Source: Candidatus Saccharimonadales bacterium (GTDB taxonomy: Bacteria; Patescibacteriota; Saccharimonadia; Saccharimonadales; 2-12-FULL-41-12). From it: a DNA stretch of 64,000 bases. Below, one piece after another: positions 33,871-42,019 of the stretch; within the stretch, counting starts at the first letter, position 1, and every line of letters begins with the position of its first letter. The translations under genes were made by a program, and so were the position numbers. The stretch spans positions 111 through 64,110 of the forward strand of contig DASSOT010000003.1 of NCBI GenBank assembly GCA_035700225.1. The letters are read 5' to 3'. The notes under the pieces were generated by a model. The model worked only from the letters and a program-made list of their open reading frames with translations, was not told where the DNA came from and made no database searches.

Positions 33871-34896
33871 CTATGGCAGGAATTCGTTAGTGAACAGCGA
33901 GCTGAAATCAAGCGTGCTTACAGGTTTGCCGGAAGAGTCCGTAACGGTACCTTTGTCCAGCATGAACTGCGGATATTTGCGCCAATATGCCGGATCCTGC
34001 ACGCCCCAGGCCTTGCCATCATCCTGATATAGAGGGCTCAGGTAGCCCTGGCTGTCGTATACCAATGATTCATCCGGAAAAGTACCAGGCTGTGTGTTCT
34101 TAATAAGCAGTTTTGCCGACTCTTCAGGGTGGCTTCGGGCGTATTCATACCCTTTTGCCGTAGCGGCCATGAATTTCTTTAGCGCGTCATGCTTGTTTTT
34201 GATTGTTTCAGGCGAAGATATGATGTTGGGCGTAGAATAATCAGGTATGCCCCAGTCCTGGAGCGTAAAAGTCTTGAGCTGTAAACCTTCGTGTTTGGCT
34301 TGGATACCTTCCCAGCCGTTGAAAACCCAGGCGAAATCAATGCTTTTATCCTTGAGCGCCTGCAAGGGGGAAGTATTCACGGTAACCGTCTTGAAATCGC
34401 CACTGCCGCCGGCATTTTTGATAACTTGTCCCATCACGGCTTTTTCATAAGGCGCGCCAAACCCGCCGAAAGTTTTGCCGTCCAGCTGGGCGGGCGAGGT
34501 TATCCCGGAATCTTTGCGCACAGCTATAACAGAGGTGTTATGGGCTATTATCGAGGCTATGGAAACCACGTCTGAGCCGACTGCCGCATCGGATACTATG
34601 TATTCAGTGAATCCTATTCCGGTATCTGCTTTGCCGGTAGCGACAAGCACGTCGGATGAAGCGCTGTCGGAATAGGGGAGTATTTTCAAGTCAATCCCCT
34701 GGTCCTTATACCAGCCCTTGGCTTGGGCCACATATATGCCGGTGTGGTTCGTGTTCGGCGTCCAGTCCAATGCCAATGATATCGGCGTCAAATCCTTAGA
34801 CTGTTCCCGGCCATTGCTACCGGCCTTCTGCCAAAAAGCCCATCCGGCTACGGCTATTAGCACCGCTAGCAGTGCTATGTAAATATTTTTTTTCAT
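33871..34896 (-). CDS. NMT1/THI5-like substrate-binding protein (probable HMP/thiamine-precursor binding, ThiY-like)
   Basis: ORF track starts at 34917, but AAGGGAG RBS precedes ATG 34896 (MKKNIYIALLAVLIAVAGWA signal peptide). The upstream ATG lies inside the TPP riboswitch. Periplasmic-binding fold. Confidence 0.65.
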   Translation of the reverse strand: MKKNIYIALLAVLIAVAGWAFWQKAGSNGREQSKDLTPISLALDWTPNTNHTGIYVAQAKGWYKDQGIDLKILPYSDSASSDVLVATGKADTGIGFTEYIVSDAAVGSDVVSIASIIAHNTSVIAVRKDSGITSPAQLDGKTFGGFGAPYEKAVMGQVIKNAGGSGDFKTVTVNTSPLQALKDKSIDFAWVFNGWEGIQAKHEGLQLKTFTLQDWGIPDYSTPNIISSPETIKNKHDALKKFMAATAKGYEYARSHPEESAKLLIKNTQPGTFPDESLVYDSQGYLSPLYQDDGKAWGVQDPAYWRKYPQFMLDKGTVTDSSGKPVSTLDFSSLFTNEFLP

Positions 34897-34995
34897 CTGT
34901 TCTCCCTTCGACGGCATTACCCGTACAGGTTCAGAGGGTCACCTAGATAAAAGCTAGGACTCTCAGCCCGGCTGCCCCCGAGCTCCCCTTGAATC
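34897..34995 (-). promoter_or_regulatory. TPP (THI-box) riboswitch in the 5' leader of the thiamine ABC/TPK operon
   Basis: Minus-strand read: GGGGAGCUCGGGGGCAGCCGGG-CUGAGA-GUCC...GACCCUCUGAACCUGUACGGGUAAUGCCGUCGAAGGGAGAACAG-AUG. This matches the conserved CUGAGA, ACCC..GAACCUG, GGUAAUGCC and GAAGGGA elements of the THI element. Confidence 0.8.
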
Positions 34996-35027
34996 GTTTA
35001 TTTTACGCGGATATTGTAACATGCGCC

Positions 35028-35702
35028 TCACTCGGGCTGGGCAAAAACGGCGGCGTCGACGGTTTTAGCGCCTGCCGACTTGAGTACTTTTGCCGCTGAT
35101 TCGATGGTCGCCCCGGTAGTGGTTATATCATCGACCAACAATATATGCGCACCGACGGGAAAAACACGGGTACGTACTTTTAATGCTTTTTCAAGATGTT
35201 TGAACCGTTCTTCCCGGCTGGCTCCGACCTGCCTTGAGCTACCCCGGCGTATTAACAGCTTCCTGTGTTCCCAGCCTCTGGCTTTTGCCAGGTGTTCGGC
35301 AATTAGCCGGGCCTGGTCATAGCCTCTTTGCCTGACCCGACTGTCGGCTGTCGGTATGTGGCATATGATGATATCGTCCGGCAACTGAGGCAGTACGCTG
35401 TCGATAGCGCGCGCTACGACCTTTGAGGCGGCTTTAGCGCGGTGAAACTTATATCTGTAAATCAGTTCTTTCACGGTTCCGCCGTATTTGGTGGCAACCC
35501 ATACATGCGCTATCTTTGTGGTTGATTTACAACTTTTGCAAGTCGAGCTTTGTCTGCTCAAGCCGTGGCAACGGAAACAACGGCTCACTACTCCCAGTAA
35601 TGAAGAATTTTCGCAGGACTCGCAGAGAAGTTCTCCGTTTCGCCCGCACACGATACAGTGGTGGGGCGCGATTAACGCTATTGCTTGTTCTATAATATTC
35701 AT
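35028..35702 (-). CDS. comFC: ComF-family protein (ComFC; phosphoribosyltransferase domain with N-terminal Cys4 zinc finger)
   Basis: CxxC...CxxC N-terminus (HHCIVCG...CESCE) and PRTase motif ILLVDDITTTGATI. Confidence 0.75.
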   Translation of the reverse strand: MNIIEQAIALIAPHHCIVCGRNGELLCESCENSSLLGVVSRCFRCHGLSRQSSTCKSCKSTTKIAHVWVATKYGGTVKELIYRYKFHRAKAASKVVARAIDSVLPQLPDDIIICHIPTADSRVRQRGYDQARLIAEHLAKARGWEHRKLLIRRGSSRQVGASREERFKHLEKALKVRTRVFPVGAHILLVDDITTTGATIESAAKVLKSAGAKTVDAAVFAQPE

Positions 35703-35867
35703 GCCCGGTTACAGAGGTAAGATTCTTTCAGTTGTAATTATTGTGTTGTAAATAAGTACATATTATGGTTGCGCTTAGTTAAATGTATTCTATACTAGGA
35801 GTAATATAAAAACTCGTTTCCGAACAAAAGAAAAGAAAACAATCTAACAGACACCTCGGAGGGTAAA

Positions 35868-36344
35868 ATGGCGCGAAAAAGTCGCGATCAAGATTTGTTG
35901 ATGGAAGATGAGTTGACTGCAGCATTTCTAGGAGATGATGAAGTTACTTCATCAGCATCAGCAGACACTTCAACACCGCAGGAGGCGGTAGAAGAAGAAT
36001 GGGACGAAGAAGACGCAGTCCCGGGCCAATTGGCTGTAGACGTATACGAAACAAAAGAAAAGCTGATAGTAAAGGCCCGAACAGCCGGCGTCAACAAACA
36101 GGACCTGGACGTAAGCCTATCTGATAACACGCTGAGCATCCGCGGCACTTTGAGCGCCGGCGGGGAAGACCAGGTTGAGAATTACTTCGTACAAGAGTGT
36201 TACTGGGGCGAGTTCAGCCGAAGTATCGCATTGCCGGTACCGGTCAAAGAAGACGAGGTGGAAGCCGTGCTAAAAGACGGTGTCCTAACAATCACCTTCA
36301 CCAAGGTCAATCAGGAAACGGTCAAGAAAATACAAATACAATAA
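35868..36344 (+). CDS. Hsp20/alpha-crystallin-family small heat-shock protein
   Basis: Alpha-crystallin domain (VDVYETKEKLIVKARTAGVNKQDLDVSL...) and a C-terminal I-x-I-like motif (KIQIQ). Confidence 0.8.
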   Translation: MARKSRDQDLLMEDELTAAFLGDDEVTSSASADTSTPQEAVEEEWDEEDAVPGQLAVDVYETKEKLIVKARTAGVNKQDLDVSLSDNTLSIRGTLSAGGEDQVENYFVQECYWGEFSRSIALPVPVKEDEVEAVLKDGVLTITFTKVNQETVKKIQIQ

Positions 36345-36348
36345 GTTG

Positions 36349-36392
36349 TCTTAAAAAAAAATTAAACCTCCCGATTTATGCGGGAGGTTTTT
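36349..36392. terminator. bidirectional rho-independent terminator shared by hsp20 (+) and the pilin operon (-)
   Basis: CCTCCCG-ATTTATG-CGGGAGG hairpin flanked by an A9 run upstream and a T5 run downstream. Confidence 0.7.
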
Positions 36393-36416
36393 AGTTTCTT
36401 AGCGGTTACTAAAGTT

Positions 36417-36872
36417 TTAGCTTCCGGGGTTCACTTTGGACAGGACGAATTTGACTATAAGCTGGGCGAAGGCGACTATAACCAGGCCGATGATGGCATA
36501 AAGGATAGTGTTGCGGGCAGACTTGGTGTTTTCAGGGTTGCCGCCGGAAGTCACATAGCGGAAACCGGCATAGATAATCATGATTACCGCCAGTACTCCG
36601 ACTATTACCGAGAAGATATTGAGGGCATCCGCAAGCAACTTATCAATCCCTTTCTCCGGATCGGTGCTGTTGGTTTGATGGCCTTCGGCATCTTTATTAC
36701 AACCCTGGGCTTTGTCGTCAAAGGTGAGATTAGCCCCGCCGCAAATCTTGTGGATGGTGTCTTCCTGCGCCGAAACAGCGGGGGACAGCAAAAGAAAAAC
36801 TGCAAAAAGCGCTGACAATATAAGACCGAGTCTGGTGAGCGGGTTGAGGACTGGAGCTGATTGCATATTCAT
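36417..36872 (-). CDS. VirB2/TrbC-like T4SS pilin paralog 1
   Basis: Sec signal peptide, Cys-containing variable ectodomain, then conserved C-terminal double-TM anchor IFSVIVGVLAVIMIIYAGFRYVTSGGNPENTKSARNTILYAIIGLVIVAFAQLIVKFVL. Confidence 0.6.
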   Translation of the reverse strand: MNMQSAPVLNPLTRLGLILSALFAVFLLLSPAVSAQEDTIHKICGGANLTFDDKAQGCNKDAEGHQTNSTDPEKGIDKLLADALNIFSVIVGVLAVIMIIYAGFRYVTSGGNPENTKSARNTILYAIIGLVIVAFAQLIVKFVLSKVNPGS

Positions 36873-36880
36873 AATGTTAT

Positions 36881-37318
36881 CTAGGCTATCTTGCTTAATA
36901 CAAATTTTACTATCACCTGGGCAAAAGCGACTATTAACAAGCCGACCAGGGCATAAATAATGGCGTTCCTGGCGGCTTTCGTGTTCTCCGGGTTGCCGCC
37001 GGAGGTTACCATCCGGAAACCGCCGTAGATTATCATGATTACGGATATGATTCCTACGATTATCGAAATTATATCCACGACATTGTTTATCAATCTAGTT
37101 ATCTTGGACTCAGCCGCTACATTGACGGGGTTCCCGTGTTCGTCGGTTTCATGCACCTGGCACTGCCCGTCGGCTCCTGTGAACTGAAAATCTGCTCCGG
37201 TACAGAGCTGTCCTACGCCCGCGGCCGATGTTTTCGGCGCCATCATCAGGGCGAACGCCAACAATAGGCCGGATAACAGCAATGTAATCTTTTTGAGGCT
37301 GATAGTTTGTGTAAACAT
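36881..37318 (-). CDS. VirB2/TrbC-like T4SS pilin paralog 2
   Basis: Same architecture; C-terminus IISIIVGIISVIMIIYGGFRMVTSGGNPENTKAARNAIIYALVGLLIVAFAQVIVKFVLSKIA. Confidence 0.6.
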   Translation of the reverse strand: MFTQTISLKKITLLLSGLLLAFALMMAPKTSAAGVGQLCTGADFQFTGADGQCQVHETDEHGNPVNVAAESKITRLINNVVDIISIIVGIISVIMIIYGGFRMVTSGGNPENTKAARNAIIYALVGLLIVAFAQVIVKFVLSKIA

Positions 37319-37335
37319 ATTTTTATCTTATAGGT

Positions 37336-37764
37336 TTATGAGTTGCCCGTAGCTTTGGCCAGGACGAATTTGACGATGAATTGCGCTAATGCCACTATCA
37401 CCAGACCGATTATGGCGTATAGGATGGTGTTTTTCGCGGTAGATATATTGCCGGATTCGCCGCCGGAAGTCACATAACGGAAACCGCCGTAGATTATCAT
37501 AATCACACAGACTACACCGACGATTACGGAGAAGATATTGATGACTCTTGCGACAAGAGTGTTCGCATTATCACCGGCATCCGCCGTCGAGGTCTTACAT
37601 GTGTTTGAGCTTGCATCGTCGGCCAGGTTCAAATCCGCGCCCTGGCAAGTAGAGTCAGTAATCAGGGGCGTATCAGCCGCCATAGCTACGGCAGGGACTC
37701 CGCCGAGTATCAACAAAAGCCCGGCGCTGGTGACAGCTATCAATCTTTTTATTTTGTTTATCAT
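37336..37764 (-). CDS. VirB2/TrbC-like T4SS pilin paralog 3
   Basis: C-terminus IFSVIVGVVCVIMIIYGGFRYVTSGGESGNISTAKNTILYAIIGLVIVALAQFIVKFVLAK; N-terminal signal peptide. Confidence 0.6.
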   Translation of the reverse strand: MINKIKRLIAVTSAGLLLILGGVPAVAMAADTPLITDSTCQGADLNLADDASSNTCKTSTADAGDNANTLVARVINIFSVIVGVVCVIMIIYGGFRYVTSGGESGNISTAKNTILYAIIGLVIVALAQFIVKFVLAKATGNS

Positions 37765-37802
37765 TTCTTTTTTCCTTTCGCTAAACGCTTTATCTTTAGC
37801 CT

Positions 37803-38267
37803 TTACGATCCTGTGGCCTTGGACAGGACGAACTTAACGATGAATTGCGCTAATGCTACAATTACTAGTCCTACAATAGCATATAATATCGTATTTTTGG
37901 CAGAAGAAACATTACCGGAATCCCCGCCGGAAGTCACATAACGGAAACCGCCGACGATTATCATTATCACGGCGACTACGCCGACTACCACGGAGAATAA
38001 ATTCACTATCGTTGCTATCAAGTCATTAAGTTTGTTTTCCGGTTCGTTGCCGGTGAAAGCACAGGCATCAGGCGAAACCTGGCCGGTAGGGAATTTCAGC
38101 TCCGCGCCCTGGCAGGTTGAAGCTTGTATGTTGGGGGTTTCCTGCTGAGGATCAGCCTGCGGCTGTTGGGCCGCAACCAAGCCCCCTGCGCCGAAAAAAA
38201 CCGCGAACATAGCCAGGCTGGCGATGAGATATGTGCTTCTTTGTAATGTTCTTCTGATTATTTCCAT
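37803..38267 (-). CDS. VirB2/TrbC-like T4SS pilin paralog 4
   Basis: C-terminus LFSVVVGVVAVIMIIVGGFRYVTSGGDSGNVSSAKNTILYAIVGLVIVALAQFIVKFVLSK. Confidence 0.6.
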   Translation of the reverse strand: MEIIRRTLQRSTYLIASLAMFAVFFGAGGLVAAQQPQADPQQETPNIQASTCQGAELKFPTGQVSPDACAFTGNEPENKLNDLIATIVNLFSVVVGVVAVIMIIVGGFRYVTSGGDSGNVSSAKNTILYAIVGLVIVALAQFIVKFVLSKATGS

Positions 38268-38293
38268 GAATCGTCCTGATTTAACTATTTTCT

Positions 38294-38322
38294 ATCATAT
38301 AACGCGCACATTATTGTCACAA
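38294..38322 (-). promoter_or_regulatory. candidate internal promoter (TTGTGA-N17-TATGAT) between pilin paralogs 5 and 4
   Basis: Minus-strand read of the 65-bp spacer gives TTGTGA then a 17-nt spacer then TATGAT. It is the only sizeable gap inside the nine-gene array. Confidence 0.3.
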
Positions 38323-38332
38323 TGAATTTTCC

Positions 38333-38743
38333 CTAGGCTATCTTGGTTAACACAAGCTTGACTATTATCTGAGCGAAGCCGACGATAATCAAACCGACCA
38401 AGGCATAGATAAAGGTATTCCTAGCTGAGGTAATCTGGTTTGAGTCTCCTGCCGCTGTAACGAATCGGATGCCGCTGATAATAATCATGATTACACATAT
38501 CAGGCCGACGATTATCGTCAGCAGATTTATTACCTTGTCCACCGTACCGCCAAGCCCTTGACTGCTTGTCTTCAGCTTGTCCTGGTCACAATGGCCGCTT
38601 CCATCCCCTACGCCAACAGTGACGCAAGCTTCATCCTTAGCTCCGCTGTATAAGGCGTGCGCACTGCCGCCAAAAAAGGGAAGGGCCAAGCCCAAGGAGA
38701 GAACGGTTAGAAGCGCGATATTTTTTAATTTTTGAACAATCAT
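38333..38743 (-). CDS. VirB2/TrbC-like T4SS pilin paralog 5
   Basis: C-terminus LLTIIVGLICVIMIIISGIRFVTAAGDSNQITSARNTFIYALVGLIIVGFAQIIVKLVLTKIA. Confidence 0.55.
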   Translation of the reverse strand: MIVQKLKNIALLTVLSLGLALPFFGGSAHALYSGAKDEACVTVGVGDGSGHCDQDKLKTSSQGLGGTVDKVINLLTIIVGLICVIMIIISGIRFVTAAGDSNQITSARNTFIYALVGLIIVGFAQIIVKLVLTKIA

Positions 38744-38761
38744 ATGCGTTTTGAACTCATT

Positions 38762-39175
38762 TTACACCCCGATTTTGAATAAGACCAGTCTGACCAGAGC
38801 CTGCGCGATGGCGGCTAAAACAAGTCCGATTATGGCGTACTGGATATATTCGCGCGCTTTGCCGACATCCTCCGGATTATTTCCGGACGTGGCAAGCTTT
38901 ATACCGGCCCAGATTATACTGACTACCGCGGCAAGCCCCGTTATTAAGGTAATGAGATCTACCACCTTGTTGATAATACCGTTCGGCCCGTATATCGGGT
39001 TACCGCCTTCGCTACTGTCTTTGCATGGCGCCGAGTCAGCCGCAGGGCCTACGTTCGCCTGATTGCAAATATCATCGTAAAGCTTTACGCCCGGGCCTGC
39101 CGCATAAGAAGTATACGCCGGCAGTAGGAGCGCGCTTAAAACCAATATGCCTGCAAAAAATTTTTTATACATCAC
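38762..39175 (-). CDS. VirB2/TrbC-like T4SS pilin paralog 6
   Basis: C-terminus LITLITGLAAVVSIIWAGIKLATSGNNPEDVGKAREYIQYAIIGLVLAAIAQALVRLVLFKIGV. Confidence 0.55.
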   Translation of the reverse strand: MMYKKFFAGILVLSALLLPAYTSYAAGPGVKLYDDICNQANVGPAADSAPCKDSSEGGNPIYGPNGIINKVVDLITLITGLAAVVSIIWAGIKLATSGNNPEDVGKAREYIQYAIIGLVLAAIAQALVRLVLFKIGV

Positions 39176-39591
39176 AACCTGCCTATGACCGTTATTATTA
39201 TGGCTTCCGCGCTAAGCGCTATGACCAGACCCAGGAGAGAAAAAACTATGGCTTGTTTGGAGCGGGAAATCTTTTCCGTATCAGTAGACGCAGTGGTATA
39301 GTTGAACGCCGCTATCGCAAGAGAGATGAGCGCCACGCCGGCCGCTACGCCGAACACTATCCTCATGCCGTTTTGAAGCTGATCGTTGTCTCCGCTGACC
39401 TTTGGCAGGGCGGTCAGACAATTTTGGTTGGGATTGAATGCGTTCGAATCATTGGTAGAGCAGTTGGTTACATCTATACGATCCGCCGCGGCATGTACGT
39501 TTTGCGACGCAGTAAAAATTGAAATAAATGCTACGGCAATCAAGCATATGAGTAGCATAACCAGCTTGCGCGAAGATAACTTGGCAATCAT
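39172..39591 (-). CDS. VirB2/TrbC-like T4SS pilin paralog 7 (divergent)
   Basis: Signal peptide, Cys pair, and a divergent but recognizable double-TM C-terminus (VFGVAAGVALISLAIAAFNYTTASTDTEKISRSKQAIVFSLLGLVIALSAEAIIITVI). Its start overlaps the stop of the neighbouring paralog (ATGA). Confidence 0.5.
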   Translation of the reverse strand: MIAKLSSRKLVMLLICLIAVAFISIFTASQNVHAAADRIDVTNCSTNDSNAFNPNQNCLTALPKVSGDNDQLQNGMRIVFGVAAGVALISLAIAAFNYTTASTDTEKISRSKQAIVFSLLGLVIALSAEAIIITVIGRL

Positions 39592-39971
39592 TGCGTGAAC
39601 CTCCCGGCAAAGAAACTTACGGCAGACGTCGCTACCAAGGCTATTATAAGACCGGTCAATGCATCTATGAGAGTACTCTTGGCCTTTGTGACCTTGTCGC
39701 TGTTACCGCGCGATTCGCTGTATTTGATACCGGCGAATATTACGTAGCCTAAGGCTACCAGCACGGCGATGCGGGTAAGTATTTCTATGACGGCCAAGCC
39801 TATCAGCCACAGGTCATTTATGCCGTTAAGCCTGGGCGTACAGCTGTTGACAGGATCGCTTGGCAAGTATTTGACGTCCAGATATTCGAACCAGGGCGGT
39901 ATGCCCAGGAAGCTTCTGATGCATTCTTTGTCGGCTACCGCGAAAGTGCTTATCCAGGATATAAGGTTCAT
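39588..39971 (-). CDS. VirB2/TrbC-like T4SS pilin paralog 8 (divergent)
   Basis: C-terminus IAVLVALGYVIFAGIKYSESRGNSDKVTKAKSTLIDALTGLIIALVATSAVSFFAG. Short N-terminal hydrophobic leader; 4-nt start/stop overlaps on both sides. Confidence 0.45.
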   Translation of the reverse strand: MNLISWISTFAVADKECIRSFLGIPPWFEYLDVKYLPSDPVNSCTPRLNGINDLWLIGLAVIEILTRIAVLVALGYVIFAGIKYSESRGNSDKVTKAKSTLIDALTGLIIALVATSAVSFFAGRFTQ

Positions 39972-40546
39972 GTCTTAAACAAGCCTCCCGGTATCAGATA
40001 TTGCAATATGGAAAATGCGAAGATGTAGATAGCCAGGCCGATGACCGCATACTGGGCCCGCTGTTTGGCGCTTTGGCTGTTTTCGGGGTTGCCTTCAGCC
40101 ATACTGTATTGCAGGCCGGCGAGTATCAGCGAAACCGTTATGACAATACCGATTCCAACCGAAGCGAACCGGATAAGTGCAAACACCAGGTCTTGGATTG
40201 GCCCGAGGTTCGCCGGACCGTTTTTGCCCAGACAGCCGAAATTAAATTTGGTCTTGACGTTTCTGGACTGGTCGTCGAGATTGCCGCACTGGTAATTGCC
40301 TTTCTGGCCAGCGCCCTCTATGGTGAATTTGTTTATCACATCGGCTTTACAGCCACCGGGGTCATCGCTGTCGGCACAATTATCGAATGCTTTCTTGCAT
40401 TTGTCGGCATCATAAATAAAGTCGCCATTACAGTCCGACCTTCTGGCGGCGGCGTCCGTCTTAGCAGACAAGAACAATACTGGCGCAACAAACACCATTA
40501 GAAAGAAACTTGTCAGGACTATTTTCTTTACGGCTAAGGTTTGCAT
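39968..40546 (-). CDS. VirB2/TrbC-like T4SS pilin paralog 9 (largest, Cys-rich ectodomain); first gene of the pilin operon
   Basis: 192 aa; signal peptide, 8 cysteines in the ectodomain, C-terminus VGIGIVITVSLILAGLQYSMAEGNPENSQSAKQRAQYAVIGLAIYIFAFSILQYLIP. Confidence 0.5.
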   Translation of the reverse strand: MQTLAVKKIVLTSFFLMVFVAPVLFLSAKTDAAARRSDCNGDFIYDADKCKKAFDNCADSDDPGGCKADVINKFTIEGAGQKGNYQCGNLDDQSRNVKTKFNFGCLGKNGPANLGPIQDLVFALIRFASVGIGIVITVSLILAGLQYSMAEGNPENSQSAKQRAQYAVIGLAIYIFAFSILQYLIPGGLFKT

Positions 40547-40684
40547 GGTTTATTTGTTTTTAGTGGTCGTTACAGCTTAATTATGACCTTTATGTTTATG
40601 TTTAGCAAGCTGGCACGGGTATTTATTTAGGTATCGACTTTTTAGCTTAAGTGTTTTATGCTCATTAAAGAAGAGTAGTCTTCC

Positions 40685-42019
40685 TTGATTATTCATCGTC
40701 AAAAACATAAAAAGAACATGAACAAAAAAATAACAAAAAGTCTGTTTGGCCGAGCTTCTGTCATGTTGCTCGCTTTTGTTTTTTTTGGTTCTATTCTTAC
40801 TTCGCTGTTTTTCTTCTCCCCCCCTGTAGCCGCCGACAATAGCGGTACAGGTACGTTTGAGTACAAAGACATACACAATGAAACCATAATAGAGGTCAGG
40901 GGCGGTGATACGCAGGAATATCATAAAAGCACCGGCGGCAATGGCGTATACAACGGCGGGGGTGCTGAAGGTTTTGACGGGTGTACGGCCTGGATTCAGA
41001 CCAACAGCCATAAATACGACGGTGATACGCATGCCAAATGGTGGGCCGGGTGTCTAGGCGGGCCCGACAAAACTCCTACCGAGCCGGGTAAAAAATCCAT
41101 CACCATAAAGGCGGCACACAACTATACCGGGGACTGGATAGACCATAGCCACATAAAAGTCGGCGGCACCATTTATTACGACAACCACATAGACGACACG
41201 CTCGATTTCAAAGCTACAAACCAGAATAATGGTTGTGATACGAACGTCATTAACGGCTTTCCTGAGTCCGACGGGGGTGACATAACCAACGCCCCGGCCG
41301 CCGAGATAACCATTAACAAGCCTGTCAGCGCAACCAACAATAACTGCGTTCAGACTAAGCACCCCGTATATTTCAATAACACACAAAATTTTGCAATCTA
41401 TTTCATGTGGGTGGACGCAGGAACCATACAGACCTCCGATAGGACAGCCATGGTTTACGTGCAGAACGGCGGGGGCGGGCCTTATCTGGATAACGGTAGC
41501 GGGCGCAGTAGTGATTCCAGTTGTCTATCCCAGATAGTACCGGATAGCGTCGGCTCAAGACATGGAACCTTAATCCTGCGCAATAGCGACGGTAATCCTT
41601 TTTCAAGCGGATTCAGCCCGCAGATATCCGGCGTTGATTTTCATGATCACGGAGGGTGCAAAGTAAGTGACCCTTTGCGCGTGAACATAGGCGGTAATGT
41701 GAACGCATCGAAGCCGCCCGGTAGTGGAGATGCCGGCGGAGCCGATGCCGGAGATGCCGGCGGAAACATAACCGACTGCGATACCGAGCTCACCTCGCCA
41801 TTAAGCTGGATATTATGCCCGCTGATAGACATAGGCTCCAATGTTTCTGATTTTGTCTTCAACGACCTGGCCAAACCGTTGCTTAGCGACATACCTATAA
41901 GCACCAAGCGGGACAACGGCACCTACAGAGCCTGGCAAGGCTTCAGGTTTTTAGCTAACATCATGCTTATCGGGTCCATGCTGGCGATAGTTTACGCCCA
42001 AGCGAGGGGGGAGAAGTAA
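40685..42019 (+). CDS. secreted Gly/Asn-rich beta-type surface protein with C-terminal membrane anchor (possible pilus-associated protein or adhesin)
   Basis: Probable start MNKKITKSLFGRASVMLLAFVFF about 40718 (signal peptide). Low-complexity GGxG runs (GSGDAGGADAGDAGGN). C-terminal TM LANIMLIGSMLAIVYAQ. First gene of the plus-strand T4SS-like operon. Confidence 0.4.
   Translation: MIIHRQKHKKNMNKKITKSLFGRASVMLLAFVFFGSILTSLFFFSPPVAADNSGTGTFEYKDIHNETIIEVRGGDTQEYHKSTGGNGVYNGGGAEGFDGCTAWIQTNSHKYDGDTHAKWWAGCLGGPDKTPTEPGKKSITIKAAHNYTGDWIDHSHIKVGGTIYYDNHIDDTLDFKATNQNNGCDTNVINGFPESDGGDITNAPAAEITINKPVSATNNNCVQTKHPVYFNNTQNFAIYFMWVDAGTIQTSDRTAMVYVQNGGGGPYLDNGSGRSSDSSCLSQIVPDSVGSRHGTLILRNSDGNPFSSGFSPQISGVDFHDHGGCKVSDPLRVNIGGNVNASKPPGSGDAGGADAGDAGGNITDCDTELTSPLSWILCPLIDIGSNVSDFVFNDLAKPLLSDIPISTKRDNGTYRAWQGFRFLANIMLIGSMLAIVYAQARGEK

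Noticed and set aside
36417-40546. Tandem repeat array considered as possible CRISPR or non-coding satellite
   Set aside because: The repeat units are 380-580 bp complete ORFs with signal peptides and conserved protein-level motifs. There are no short direct repeats with unique spacers and no cas genes.
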